NCBI GenBank assembly: GCA_040954595.2
Contig: CM082582.2
Coordinates: forward strand, 4,696,303 to 4,760,302
Source of the DNA: Balanoglossus misakiensis
Taxonomy: Eukaryota; Animalia; Hemichordata
Direction: 5' to 3'
Length of the DNA: 64,000 bases
Shown here: positions 1 to 10,244 of the stretch, in pieces
How the letters are laid out: every line of letters starts with the position of its first letter
How positions within the stretch are numbered: the first letter of the stretch is position 1
Program-made: the position numbers and the translations under genes
Notes under the pieces: generated by a model
Databases searched by the model: none
Told to the model about the DNA's origin: nothing
Seen by the model: only the letters and a program-made list of their open reading frames with translations

Positions 1-16
1 CCAACATAATGTCAAT

Positions 17-1318
17 ATGGACGGTAGGGCGGACGGCAAAGCGTTGAATCATGAGGAACTGGAAATGACTAACCAGTTTACAAGTAAGCAAGATGCAGAT
101 CACGATACGCATGACACCCGAAAGGAAGGCGAAACACGACTGATACACATGTTAGGACAAAATAATGAAAAGGCCACTGTCCATGAGAGGACAGACTCGC
201 CACGCACTCCTGCACCTAACACTGAAAATTCGCTGGCTAAGGAGTTGGCGTTAGTCAGCAAATTGGCACAGAATCTTCCCAAAGAGGACGCTGTACAGTT
301 GATGGAACTGTTTGAGAATCGGGACGAGAAAATAAATTCCATGGACAATATGGCGTTGACCATGTCGTTACAAGTTCAGAAAATCTTGCAACTAGTCAGT
401 AACATAATGGACGAACAAAACACACCGGAATCCAGGAAACGCAGGGATGATCTTATGGAACTCCGTCAAAAACTCACCAGAGAGCCCATGGATCAAGGTC
501 ATATAAACGCCTCATTTTCGAAACTTGGTGAATCATACCAAGACATATCGAAGGAAGCAAACAAGGTTCCCAGAGCATCTATGGACGAGGCAGTCAGTAA
601 TAAACTGATCGACTACTATAAACGTGTTACTAACGTGCTCAAGAAGCAATCAAACCCGGATACAATAAGTGAATCCAATATGTCCTCTTTGAGTAAAGAT
701 CAACAGGAACGCATGGCTAGAATTAAACAACATATGTCAGAAAGCCCAGACATATACCAATACATACAGTCACTAGAGGCGGCAGTGGATAGTAGTCTAC
801 TCCAAGGTATACGTGAAAAATCCCCGCGACCACACGGTAGTCTGTCGCGTCATGCTGCGCAACAAAATGCTACCTATAGAGACCGCGACGATGGGTATTC
901 GCCACATTATCACACGCAAAAAATCACGGGACCTAGTCAGGAGCCCTACCAACGGCGTCAACCAACGCATGAGTGTATGTGTGAGGATTGTCAGCCCATA
1001 CGTCACACCAAATCTCCCCACCTGCAGAACCGACGCCAAGGATCTCCGCAAGACCCCATAAAGACCCATCAATCTAAGCACAATTCTGAAGCTATGCAAC
1101 AGCGCAAAGATGCGACCCAGTGTGATCGACAGCAAGACTGTACTGCAAAATCGTGTCGCCAACCGGACTCCGAGGATAAAATCGACGCCAGTTTCAGTGG
1201 TCATTCGGAGCACCAACAGACATTCTGGAAATTGAGGAAGCCAATAGTATACGATAATGATTTTCCGGAAGGATTTTGTGACGACGGACCACCAATAGTC
1301 AAGAGAATCAAACATTAG
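17..1318 (+). CDS. Hypothetical viral protein, coiled-coil plus disordered tail (possibly the scaffold part of a protease-scaffold precursor); may be 5'-truncated
   Basis: 433-aa ORF whose frame is open back to the window start; sits directly upstream of the triplex-like and MCP-like genes; function is inference only. Confidence 0.6.
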   Translation: MDGRADGKALNHEELEMTNQFTSKQDADHDTHDTRKEGETRLIHMLGQNNEKATVHERTDSPRTPAPNTENSLAKELALVSKLAQNLPKEDAVQLMELFENRDEKINSMDNMALTMSLQVQKILQLVSNIMDEQNTPESRKRRDDLMELRQKLTREPMDQGHINASFSKLGESYQDISKEANKVPRASMDEAVSNKLIDYYKRVTNVLKKQSNPDTISESNMSSLSKDQQERMARIKQHMSESPDIYQYIQSLEAAVDSSLLQGIREKSPRPHGSLSRHAAQQNATYRDRDDGYSPHYHTQKITGPSQEPYQRRQPTHECMCEDCQPIRHTKSPHLQNRRQGSPQDPIKTHQSKHNSEAMQQRKDATQCDRQQDCTAKSCRQPDSEDKIDASFSGHSEHQQTFWKLRKPIVYDNDFPEGFCDDGPPIVKRIKH

Positions 1319-1352
1319 CGTGAGAGAATAATTTACAACACAGGAAGAAAGA

Positions 1353-2273
1353 ATGTCCATCAGAAACGCGCAAGTAAAAGCCCCTCCAGTTGAAGGCCCA
1401 GTGATTGCGCTTGAAGTAGACCGCACGTTCGTTTCACAAAACTTGGACGGTGCGAAGTTATCGGTCACTCAGGATGTGCTCTACCCGAGAGACGACAAGG
1501 TCACAATTGTACCGGGACAGGTACTGTTGGGACACAGGGATTTTGCTTCTAGAAAGTGGGGAGTTGTTCCTTCACCAGCTGGGCTCATGGCAAAGTCATT
1601 TGATATACATACTGGAGATATCGAAAAAAGCAGGCAGATGTGGGAGTTAGACCCACAGGCGTATAAGGTACTGGGTATAGCTTCGACCGAATCCACCGAT
1701 TGGGAAAAGGGTCAGCTAATGTCGATTGTGTCAAAGTCACCCAGTACGGGTTTTTTAAACACAGGAGGCAATTGGATAAGAGACGGACAACTTGTCTGTG
1801 TGCGTCTCCCAACCCACGAAGAAGCCAATCAACACTTGCATCGGTATGGTTCGATCAAATTTGCCACCTATCCCCGCGACGATAACGACGTTCATTCAAA
1901 TATATACGAGTTTATGGACTATCTAAGAATGGAAAAGGATATTGCTGTAGCAACAGGTCACCACAACAAAAGAGAATCGCTGAAAGCGCTCACCGAGATA
2001 CTATCGCGTTCTGGGGAATTCATTTCGAGTCATATAGTGCCAGAGCCAAGATCCCGAGCACAATTCGACAACTGGAAGCGTACGGGATATATTTTCAACA
2101 CTCCATTAACCCTATTCACTGATGAAGCGCACAGGATATCTTTGCAACATTTTCTCAACAATGTGGTCAAACTTGCCAACACAATTAGATCAAAGAACGA
2201 CCTGATAATCTTAGGACTCGCCAGGCAAGATATACACCCTTACGAATACGGGAGCATAGAACTCTACGTTTAA
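1353..2273 (+). CDS. Putative capsid triplex protein
   Basis: 306 aa, next to the MCP; C-terminus IILGLARQDIHPYEYGSIELYV resembles the terminal beta-strand pattern I recall for mirusvirus triplexes; AATAAA at 2353-2358. Confidence 0.55.
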   Translation: MSIRNAQVKAPPVEGPVIALEVDRTFVSQNLDGAKLSVTQDVLYPRDDKVTIVPGQVLLGHRDFASRKWGVVPSPAGLMAKSFDIHTGDIEKSRQMWELDPQAYKVLGIASTESTDWEKGQLMSIVSKSPSTGFLNTGGNWIRDGQLVCVRLPTHEEANQHLHRYGSIKFATYPRDDNDVHSNIYEFMDYLRMEKDIAVATGHHNKRESLKALTEILSRSGEFISSHIVPEPRSRAQFDNWKRTGYIFNTPLTLFTDEAHRISLQHFLNNVVKLANTIRSKNDLIILGLARQDIHPYEYGSIELYV

Positions 2274-2945
2274 TATCTGTACGCGGAACACGTGTAATGG
2301 CATAAGACAATTTACCGTGGATTGTAATTTTTATCTTTATATATACATATTAAATAAATGTTACAAACAAAGTAATATAAGTAGTGAAACTTGCATGTCT
2401 ACACACGAATAAATACACATAGACGATCATATGGGTTAAAATGAATTTATTTTTAACATGTTGTAAGAGAGTGTGCTGTATGTGATAAAAAATCACCTAC
2501 ACAGTTCTCATCTACATAACAATAAAACTCCTTCTGTGATTGGTTCACCGCCGACCAGTCTCAAGTCCAGTTGGGGTCGTTAAAATTGCGGCCTTTATGA
2601 CTTCAATGACTAACGAATGAAGTCAATATGACCGCCGTTTCACCCCCCCCCCCCCTCATATGTTACGGGGGAAATCATTACAACTGTACCATGGAATCCT
2701 CCTGTACATTACTTGTACCTTTCACCATGGACTATGCGTTGTGCTTCTTCATCATCTTCGTAGATGTACCGAATATAACAGTCCATGGTGTCAGACTTGT
2801 AGCCACGAATAATGATTACTATCCTTTAGATGGGATTCAGCTATGCGTCTTCTCTGTTACAGCATGTTTCGCCAAAAGTGGTTCGTCAGAGATATTATAT
2901 TAATAATGTGTTAGAATAGCGATACGTGTATAAAGGTATTTCAAA

Positions 2946-5900
2946 ATGCTGAATCCGTTCAGACGGGGTCAACCCAACATGAGCAGGCCTTTGATGACGT
3001 CTGATCTACTAAATTTTGACAATTTTTTTGCAGACGACGGGTCAAACCCGCCCTCTGGTCAGGGTCGATTCGGGGGAACATTCTCATCCAATCCAAACTA
3101 TATCGGACATCGAAACCAGGGTCACACTGCCACAGACACCGATTGGGTTGCCCCGAAAGATGTCTTATTGAGTCAAAGGATATTATACGACTCGATCTCG
3201 CCTGATGAAGGCGTTGTTAAAGTGGGTGGTGATAGGTTGGCTTGGTTTTGTCCCATCGCTATTTTCAATGGAAGACCCAATTTTGCAATACAGGAAATCA
3301 TCGCCCCGGCTTCAGTTGTAGATAAATGTACATCCGCGTCTACTCTGCCAACACTGGGCGTTGAAAAGCAGTCGAGACAGTATACCATGGATATGATGGG
3401 CGTTGCCATCAGTTTAGCTCCAGAGCTTATTCAAAGAGGGACTGTTAACCAGATAAGGAATGCGTACAAACTCAAGGTCAAACAGGTGGTCGACAGTATC
3501 GCAATGACACTACAGGCAGTAGTATACAGTAATGTATTCGGTGGTCCCACACTCGAATACATGGAGTTTCGCAGGATGGGCAACGAAAGAGATGTTTCTA
3601 GAGCTAACCTATTTTATGGTACATATCAGAAAAGAATCGACAATTTTCTACTATGGAACCTGGGGCGAACAAACAAGAAAGCTGTGTTAATTGACTTGGA
3701 TAACTGTTTGAATTACAGTTCGAACAACGACGGTGATGCCGACACAATAATATGTCACCCTGTCGTCGCAGGTGTCTTGAGGGAAACTGTCGCGCCTAAT
3801 CTAGGCACGCAAGAAACTCGAGAAACCTATTTTGTGAATACGTCTGATAATCACATTGTATATAATCACCATCTTCAACCAGACCCAAACCTCTCCCACC
3901 AAGTTCATGCTCCAAATTTAAGAACAATAGTTAATGCAAAAGTTAAGTACATTATTCCCTGTCCGGATGTACGAATAAACAATGTCAAGTCGAATCTCAG
4001 TGAACTCGAGGCCAACTTCAAATCGTTTAACGTTATAGGATATTGTCCATTACTGCAACAAATGGGTAGTCTACTGGACTTCAAACAAACCACATCTGTG
4101 GATTGGAATTCCATATACGTTACCGACTTTGAGAAACGATACGATTCGAGGGTTACCTTGGACGAGGTGATGGAACAGGGTGGTTATTTTGTACCAGAAA
4201 CATACAACGCGAGTTCTTATAACAATCTATTGAGAAGTGCAGACTTTATTGAATTGACGACCATAACACCAGCCGAGTATTATCGATCATGCACAATGCC
4301 TTTCACTGGAAAGGAGAAATCCTGCTTGTTAGATCCTAGTCGAAAAGTGTATTATGACCCGGACAGACAAACATTTCTACCCGCGTTCACTTATGGACAC
4401 AGCAACGTGAGCACCTGTCCCGTCGACAGGGGTGACATTGTCGCCGGTATGACGTTCATGTCCAGGACAATGGTTGGCCTCGGAGAGCATTGCGACGAGG
4501 AATTGTTATGCAACTATGTAAGAGACTGTCTGTCGCTGGAATGGTCTCAGGAGGATTTCGACACCCTTATGCTGTTTGATCGCACACCGTTTCACGAGGC
4601 AATGGGCGATGTGGCAGAAGTTGGCAATACCAGTGATGGGAATGGAAGTGGAGAAGGTTCAGGTAGCCAGGGGACATTGGCCCAAAGGGTTATCAGGGAC
4701 GTCACTTCTCATAGTGGCGCCACACATTTTACCAATTACGATCAATTGCTAATCGTCCGTCATATTTGTCAGCAACGCAGATGCATCGATCGAGAAAGAG
4801 AGGAAGGTGGTCGTGCAGGTGCTACCGCTATGAACGCATTAGACTGCGCAATTGTCAACATTACTATGATTATAGAATGGGTAGACTTACTCTATGACAA
4901 ATATAAAACAGTAACCAAATCCAGGCCAGATACTACACACAGTTGGTTGTTCACGCCATTGGGTCATGAGACTCTACAAAAAGTATTTCACGATGACCGC
5001 CTAGATGAAGCGGATGAGAGAGATTACACGCATATGTTACGCAACAAGGCTGCTCTGTACCACAATGTATTTCTGAGAGCATTTTCGCCGGTTGTATATG
5101 TTGCGGGAAATTCTTCTTTAGACGAAGCTATAGAGGCCGGCATCGTGAACGTTGTGGGGCTGGGTGACATTACACTGAACGAGGAGGTTTATCATTACAA
5201 TTGTAACTTTAGTACATATTCAGCCAGGCGGACATTCAATACTATAGCTGATTCGTCATTCATACGCCCCAAGCAAAGATTTGTTATCTCCGATTTGAGT
5301 CCATTGCACTCATACAACAATGACTCTCCTGTCGATGCGGAACACTTTCTGAACCATAACTATTCCTACAGGTTGTCATGGATCTGCAGTTCGTCATACA
5401 GTCTCATGATCAAGTGTTTTACCATGATTTTCATTAGCATGTTACAAAACCCAACCACTACTAGAGCGTTAGCAAAAGAAGGGATATATTTAAACACGGC
5501 GTTTCTTTTGTTCAGAAATGTGGTACAGCGGACATGTAGCATCGCCATGGCGCGATCTGGTAGAGAGAACAGGTTCTTGTTTTGTGGCAATAGCACTACA
5601 AATAGTTACCATAGTAATGCCACCAGTTATGTGACGAATTGTCGTTTCGAGACAAATATGGTGGACTTCGACCCGATCAATAACACCAGGGTACAGTTGC
5701 ACGTGGGAGGTCTGGGTTATAACAGGGGGATGGGTTCAAAAATTAGGGACCCGTTCACGGAGGGGACGTCCGATGGTAGGGGCGACTTTGTTGTTGTACC
5801 TATGTGTCCGATCGTAGATGTTGGGCTCTGGAATCACATTCAACCTATGAACGGGCGAGTTACGTTCGAAGATGGTAATTCAAACAAAAAGGCCACGAGA

Positions 5901-6413
5901 ATAGACACTGTCCAAGGTATTTACACCAATAATCCGTGGTCAACGGCTGGACTGTCAGAGGCTCAGATTATACATGGTAACATGCGACATCCCTTATGGG
6001 TTCACAATAGTAACAAGCACGGGACGTTCAAGTGTTTCTTACAGGCCAAGACACCGTCACCACAATACCAAGTTGGTATTGATGAATTTTATAGGCCCAT
6101 AGATTCCAATGGTCTACAGAGAGAATCAAACATAGCTGTACAGGGTAGGCAGTACCACAACAACATTGACTGTCCATACGCTTTCAAGACTCTTAACAGA
6201 GGGTTTTATGGAATGGACGAAAATAGTAGCAATCGCTTCCAAGACGCCCTCAACGTCTCCACCGTTCGTGATGACGAAGGTTTACATCTGATGGATCCAA
6301 TCACGATTCAACCGTCTGTCAAGAGAACGGACAAGTACTACGCAGAGACTGGAATCCGTAAGAAATTCAAGCCAGACGACGCGTCGCGTCAACACAGACT
6401 AATACCTATTTAG
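2946..6413 (+). CDS. Putative HK97-fold major capsid protein (mirusvirus/herpesvirus size class)
   Basis: 1155 aa; segment YTMDMMGVAISLAPEL...AYKLKVKQVVDSIAMTLQAVVYSNVF resembles the floor-domain spine helix of mirusvirus MCPs; too long for a double-jelly-roll MCP. Confidence 0.65.
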   Translation: MLNPFRRGQPNMSRPLMTSDLLNFDNFFADDGSNPPSGQGRFGGTFSSNPNYIGHRNQGHTATDTDWVAPKDVLLSQRILYDSISPDEGVVKVGGDRLAWFCPIAIFNGRPNFAIQEIIAPASVVDKCTSASTLPTLGVEKQSRQYTMDMMGVAISLAPELIQRGTVNQIRNAYKLKVKQVVDSIAMTLQAVVYSNVFGGPTLEYMEFRRMGNERDVSRANLFYGTYQKRIDNFLLWNLGRTNKKAVLIDLDNCLNYSSNNDGDADTIICHPVVAGVLRETVAPNLGTQETRETYFVNTSDNHIVYNHHLQPDPNLSHQVHAPNLRTIVNAKVKYIIPCPDVRINNVKSNLSELEANFKSFNVIGYCPLLQQMGSLLDFKQTTSVDWNSIYVTDFEKRYDSRVTLDEVMEQGGYFVPETYNASSYNNLLRSADFIELTTITPAEYYRSCTMPFTGKEKSCLLDPSRKVYYDPDRQTFLPAFTYGHSNVSTCPVDRGDIVAGMTFMSRTMVGLGEHCDEELLCNYVRDCLSLEWSQEDFDTLMLFDRTPFHEAMGDVAEVGNTSDGNGSGEGSGSQGTLAQRVIRDVTSHSGATHFTNYDQLLIVRHICQQRRCIDREREEGGRAGATAMNALDCAIVNITMIIEWVDLLYDKYKTVTKSRPDTTHSWLFTPLGHETLQKVFHDDRLDEADERDYTHMLRNKAALYHNVFLRAFSPVVYVAGNSSLDEAIEAGIVNVVGLGDITLNEEVYHYNCNFSTYSARRTFNTIADSSFIRPKQRFVISDLSPLHSYNNDSPVDAEHFLNHNYSYRLSWICSSSYSLMIKCFTMIFISMLQNPTTTRALAKEGIYLNTAFLLFRNVVQRTCSIAMARSGRENRFLFCGNSTTNSYHSNATSYVTNCRFETNMVDFDPINNTRVQLHVGGLGYNRGMGSKIRDPFTEGTSDGRGDFVVVPMCPIVDVGLWNHIQPMNGRVTFEDGNSNKKATRIDTVQGIYTNNPWSTAGLSEAQIIHGNMRHPLWVHNSNKHGTFKCFLQAKTPSPQYQVGIDEFYRPIDSNGLQRESNIAVQGRQYHNNIDCPYAFKTLNRGFYGMDENSSNRFQDALNVSTVRDDEGLHLMDPITIQPSVKRTDKYYAETGIRKKFKPDDASRQHRLIPI

Positions 6414-6702
6414 ATCGAAGGGATAACTGTCAAATCAGTTTCGTTTAATCCCACCCGCATAGATAGATAAAAGTTTTGTTAAGGCCAGAGAGAAAAAAAA
6501 ATCTTGTTCATCGGATTTTTTGGATGATGGTCCAGGAGCGGCGAGCGAATATTTTTTTTTTTTTTTTTTTTAGGCTCGTGCTCTTTCATTTTGTTACCTG
6601 TATGTGTAGGTCTACCTGTGCTGTACTATATGTAATGTATGACTTATACGGCCGAAATAAAAAGTTGAACCACCAGAAGTGACAACCACAATTTTTTCCG
6701 AG

Positions 6703-6744
6703 CATGGTGTATTATTTGCTGACCTTATATTGGCAAGCTTCACA
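6703..6744 (+). repeat. 42-bp direct repeat, copy 1 (copy 2 at 8043-8084)
   Basis: catggtgtattatttgctgacc(t/c)tatattggcaagcttcaca, 41/42 identical, 1340 bp apart. Confidence 0.95.
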
Positions 6745-6746
6745 AA

Positions 6747-6764
6747 TGGTGACCCCGACGTGAT
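6747..6764 (+). other. tRNA-Trp primer-binding site (18 nt)
   Basis: TGGTGACCCCGACGTGAT is the reverse complement of the 3' 18 nt of mature eukaryotic tRNA-Trp including CCA; it follows ...TTCACA plus AA. Confidence 0.85.
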
Positions 6765-7559
6765 GAATTCTCAAGGCATGAGTGTATTGTATTTACAATC
6801 GTGACGTTACTGGTTACCGACTCACCCTCTCCAGACAAGTGACGCACACGATCACGGCCAGTATGTATGGCAGGAAATCACACGCATTAATTCCCGAATA
6901 AAATTTGGGATAACGATTATTTAAAACGGAATGCTTGTTTTGAGAAAGCTGCCCGTCTCGCGCATAAAAGTTCAACATATTTGAAATATCTTAAATAAAA
7001 GTGAATAAGCTTTCAATATATATATAATGACAACAAAATGGTTTAACACGTAACAAAAATATAAATTCTGTACAAAAATTCATGAATTCTTGTCAATGAA
7101 TCTCAGATATAATAAATAATGTCTATACAGCGTGATTTTGATTGTCTTTTCCATGTAACGTAAATACCACAACGTAGTTCTTCTCCAGGCGATGGGAAAA
7201 TATAGTCTCTTGCCATGGACGAGCGAAATTTAATCTATCAGGGAAATATATCTGCTCACAAATGCGCGCCATATTGGGTGGCAAAGCGCGTCGTCGTCAT
7301 CAAAAGTGGAAATCAACACTAGAACGTGAACATCGCTTTTGATGTCCGTTTCTCGAGTCACAGTTTAAAGTCTGAATACTCCAACACGACATATTAAAGC
7401 TCTGTCTCTTCCACCTCCAGTTTTGATTGTATAAACATCGTCGCGTCCGATGGCGCGATCATTTGGTGCAGCGTTCGGTCGGGTGCGAAATTTTCCCTTC
7501 AAGACGGTGTGATTTTTTTCCTCATACTAATTCTGTGTAACTACGAGTCTTGGCTGTCA

Positions 7560-8045
7560 TTATGAATACGATTTCAGTTCGGCAAAAACTTCTGAAAAAT
7601 ACGTACTCTCCTTGTTTATCCGTAACATGTTGGCACTACAGTCATTTATAATTTTCAGGCTTCTGTCCCCGAATCTGTCTCTGTCGTCTTCAACTAGGAA
7701 CGGTTTTAGCGGATAACTGATCTCGTTGCCCACGTAACTATAGGATAAGTACAGACATGTGAGCACGACGGCTTGTAGCTCAGACTCGGAGGTGATTTTG
7801 TCGTCGACCAAGTCCCGACATAACATGTACACGAAGACAAGGTTTGCCGGGGTGATGAAGGCAATGTCCTGCCACCCTTGCAAGAGCAGGGACCTGTCCA
7901 CTGATCGCAGCCACATTATGGCATCGTTGCCTTCGAAGTCCCGCAAGCAGGAGCATCGCCGACTGAGGAAATTTCCCAGACACTTCAGCAGTTCTCCGGT
8001 GGACGCTTGGATGGTTTTCTTGGTGTTCGGCGTTTTCACCGCCAT
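7560..8045 (-). CDS. CDK5R1: CDK5 activator p35 family protein, activation domain only (p25-like)
   Basis: [43 protein letters not shown] and [21 protein letters not shown] match p35/p39; in-frame TAA three codons upstream of the ATG. Confidence 0.93.
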   Translation of the reverse strand: MAVKTPNTKKTIQASTGELLKCLGNFLSRRCSCLRDFEGNDAIMWLRSVDRSLLLQGWQDIAFITPANLVFVYMLCRDLVDDKITSESELQAVVLTCLYLSYSYVGNEISYPLKPFLVEDDRDRFGDRSLKIINDCSANMLRINKESTYFSEVFAELKSYS

Positions 8046-8084
8046 GGTGTATTATTTGCTGACCCTATATTGGCAAGCTTCACA
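8043..8084 (+). repeat. 42-bp direct repeat, copy 2; supplies the leader and ATG of the p25-like ORF
   Basis: Minus strand reads tgtgaagcttgccaatatagggtcagcaaataatacaccATG. Confidence 0.95.
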
Positions 8085-8464
8085 CGATGAACAATTTATT
8101 TTTCTTCCTGGCCTAATTGTCTCTGTACTGTCCGTGTTGCCAGCCAATCCACTCATTTATTCCGCTGCTTTGATATAATTACATGCCTATGCAAATAGGG
8201 AAAGATATACAAATCTACATGCCTTTTTTTTATACACCACATAATACGTAAGTGCATGTATTCCAACTGTAATACATTGGATAGACCGTGTGCGTGCGTG
8301 TCACTATCCTGCGTGTAAAATTGGCGAGTATAATTTTTAGAGACAACTCGGCTTTTGTGGCTCATAATTCTAATTATATCAAAGTACAACGCCAACAGTC
8401 CTATACATCTGGCGTTGACATAACCTATTAGCGTGTGCAGAGAACAGTATTGTTTAGTTGAACC

Positions 8465-8830
8465 ATGAGAATTTTACTCGCTACTTTTATGGGGGTTCTC
8501 TTTATATCATTTATTATCGGTCTTACAAACTTCGTCAAATCTTTACCGTCACATCATAATCCAAAGTCCCCGATAGCGCCACCCTTTTATTTACGGTGGT
8601 GTAAAGATTCCCTCTATACTACGCTGTCAGAGACGACCGAATGGGTACCCGATCAATTAACGAATCTGATGTACAACTCCACCTACACCCCAATGCCATT
8701 GAGGAAAGTGAGCAAAGAAACAGTAGGTTGGATGGCACAGAGGCTTTTAAACATCAAGTCTGCTATTACGCCCAACGCTCCAAAAGCCTTAGTAGGATAC
8801 ACGATAGATATTTCTATACAGGGTCCTTAG
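8465..8830 (+). CDS. Small viral protein with N-terminal signal/membrane anchor
   Basis: Hydrophobic N-terminus MRILLATFMGVLFISFIIGL; good Kozak context. Confidence 0.5.
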   Translation: MRILLATFMGVLFISFIIGLTNFVKSLPSHHNPKSPIAPPFYLRWCKDSLYTTLSETTEWVPDQLTNLMYNSTYTPMPLRKVSKETVGWMAQRLLNIKSAITPNAPKALVGYTIDISIQGP

Positions 8831-9342
8831 TAGTTGTGTTCGGACTAATGCTCGCTTCGCTGACCAACACTCTGTATCTCAACCATCTACATTCCAAGAT
8901 AGCAGACGAACAATGCGAGTTGCCATTCGGGGATGTCATTGATATCAACGAATATGGATACACTGTACACACATTCAATGGTCGTTTGTTGTTAAACAGA
9001 AAAAGTAGCGGGTCACAATTACCAGCAGGCCCTTGTACACACTTCAATTCGTCTGTACAAGAAGCTGTCCAATGTGAATCTGAGATAATGTTATACGATA
9101 TAAAAGGCGAACCATACTATGCTTTGCGCATGTTCAGAGATCAATCAAACCACACATTTTTAGTACAAGGGCCTTATAGTGGCAACGGCGACGAACACCA
9201 AGTCCACATCCGTACCGACCTTCAGTCTGGTAATGTCGTCGTTGGATATGGTCCAGTGCCGCCAAACAAAGTACCAGATGCAGAACTGTATGTAGACGGA
9301 TTTATTTATGCTGCTACCTTGGATAGAAGTAGTTTCAATTAG
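8641..9342 (+). CDS. Putative viral membrane protein (true 5' end uncertain; possible splice acceptor near 8821)
   Basis: 233-aa ORF with TM-like SLVVVFGLMLASL followed by a beta-rich domain; overlaps the previous ORF. Confidence 0.5.
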   Translation: MGTRSINESDVQLHLHPNAIEESEQRNSRLDGTEAFKHQVCYYAQRSKSLSRIHDRYFYTGSLVVVFGLMLASLTNTLYLNHLHSKIADEQCELPFGDVIDINEYGYTVHTFNGRLLLNRKSSGSQLPAGPCTHFNSSVQEAVQCESEIMLYDIKGEPYYALRMFRDQSNHTFLVQGPYSGNGDEHQVHIRTDLQSGNVVVGYGPVPPNKVPDAELYVDGFIYAATLDRSSFN

Positions 9343-9435
9343 AACGAGACTGGGACACTGTTATCGAACATAACGGCGCCCCTATTTAATCCCACCTGTC
9401 AAACTAAGTATACCAGAACGAACGACATACTTGGC

Positions 9436-10014
9436 ATGACAGAACAAACGTCAATGTCGTCTCAATTAGACCCCGAAATGTGTATTTGTCGCATATGCCA
9501 AGAAGGTGAATCGTGTGCTGAAGGCGGCATGCTCTTGATTGCACCTTGTTTATGCAAAGGTAGTCTGAAGTTTGTCCACCGTAGGTGCATCCAAACCTGG
9601 ATAAGAAGCGCTCGTATCAACCGATGTGAAATTTGTAATGCACGCTTCAAAATCATGGTTGAGACTAGACCAATATCAGAATGGACATTGCCGAAGATGA
9701 CCAGAACGATATGGATAAATATTGCACTTGTGTTGTCGTGTACTGTGTGTATATTAGGCATATCATTACACATGCACCTTTTGGTGGAATCCCTATTTCT
9801 AAAGATGGATGCACTGAATACATTTTTCGTGGTGGCTTGCGTGTTGCTGGCACTTATGGCGCTGACTGCATTTGTCCTCCTAGAGACTTTTAGGTGCGTG
9901 GACGTGTATGTGTGGTTAAGAGAGAACAACAGAGAGATAGGTGTTAAGGACTATTGCCCATCTTCTCAACAAATACATGGTGGTGATGAAGACATACGCA
10001 CGAATACGGTGTAG
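9436..10014 (+). CDS. MARCH-type (RING-CH/RINGv) membrane E3 ubiquitin ligase
   Basis: CRIC...LIAPCLCKGSLKFVHRRCIQTWI...CEIC C4HC3 motif followed by two hydrophobic helices. Confidence 0.9.
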   Translation: MTEQTSMSSQLDPEMCICRICQEGESCAEGGMLLIAPCLCKGSLKFVHRRCIQTWIRSARINRCEICNARFKIMVETRPISEWTLPKMTRTIWINIALVLSCTVCILGISLHMHLLVESLFLKMDALNTFFVVACVLLALMALTAFVLLETFRCVDVYVWLRENNREIGVKDYCPSSQQIHGGDEDIRTNTV

Positions 10015-10244
10015 ACACCATGTAATTGTTCCATACTCTATTTTTGTTTTGTTCATTACGATGACGACATTGTTGTCCAATCAGTATCCTCCCTTCTCAC
10101 CCCCCATGATGAGTACGGCGATTTTGACAATGAACGAGTCACATCGTTCGTCCATGTAATGAGCCGTTGGTGACATTCACCATATATAAGCAAGAGCGAT
10201 TTCAGTCACTCTCGCCAATCACAGTTTGCCTATATCAAACAACA

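Noticed and set aside
797-1468. 223-aa minus-strand ORF
   Set aside because: Overlaps two better-supported plus-strand genes
2628-2903. 91-aa ORF between the triplex-like and MCP genes
   Set aside because: Runs through a poly-C tract and has no recognisable motif
6747-6764. tRNA-Trp gene
   Set aside because: Only the 3' 18 nt match and they include CCA; no cloverleaf follows, so it is treated as a PBS
6444-9395. Shared tttaatcccacc motif at about 6444 and 9385
   Set aside because: Only two short occurrences; insufficient to call a viral promoter motif
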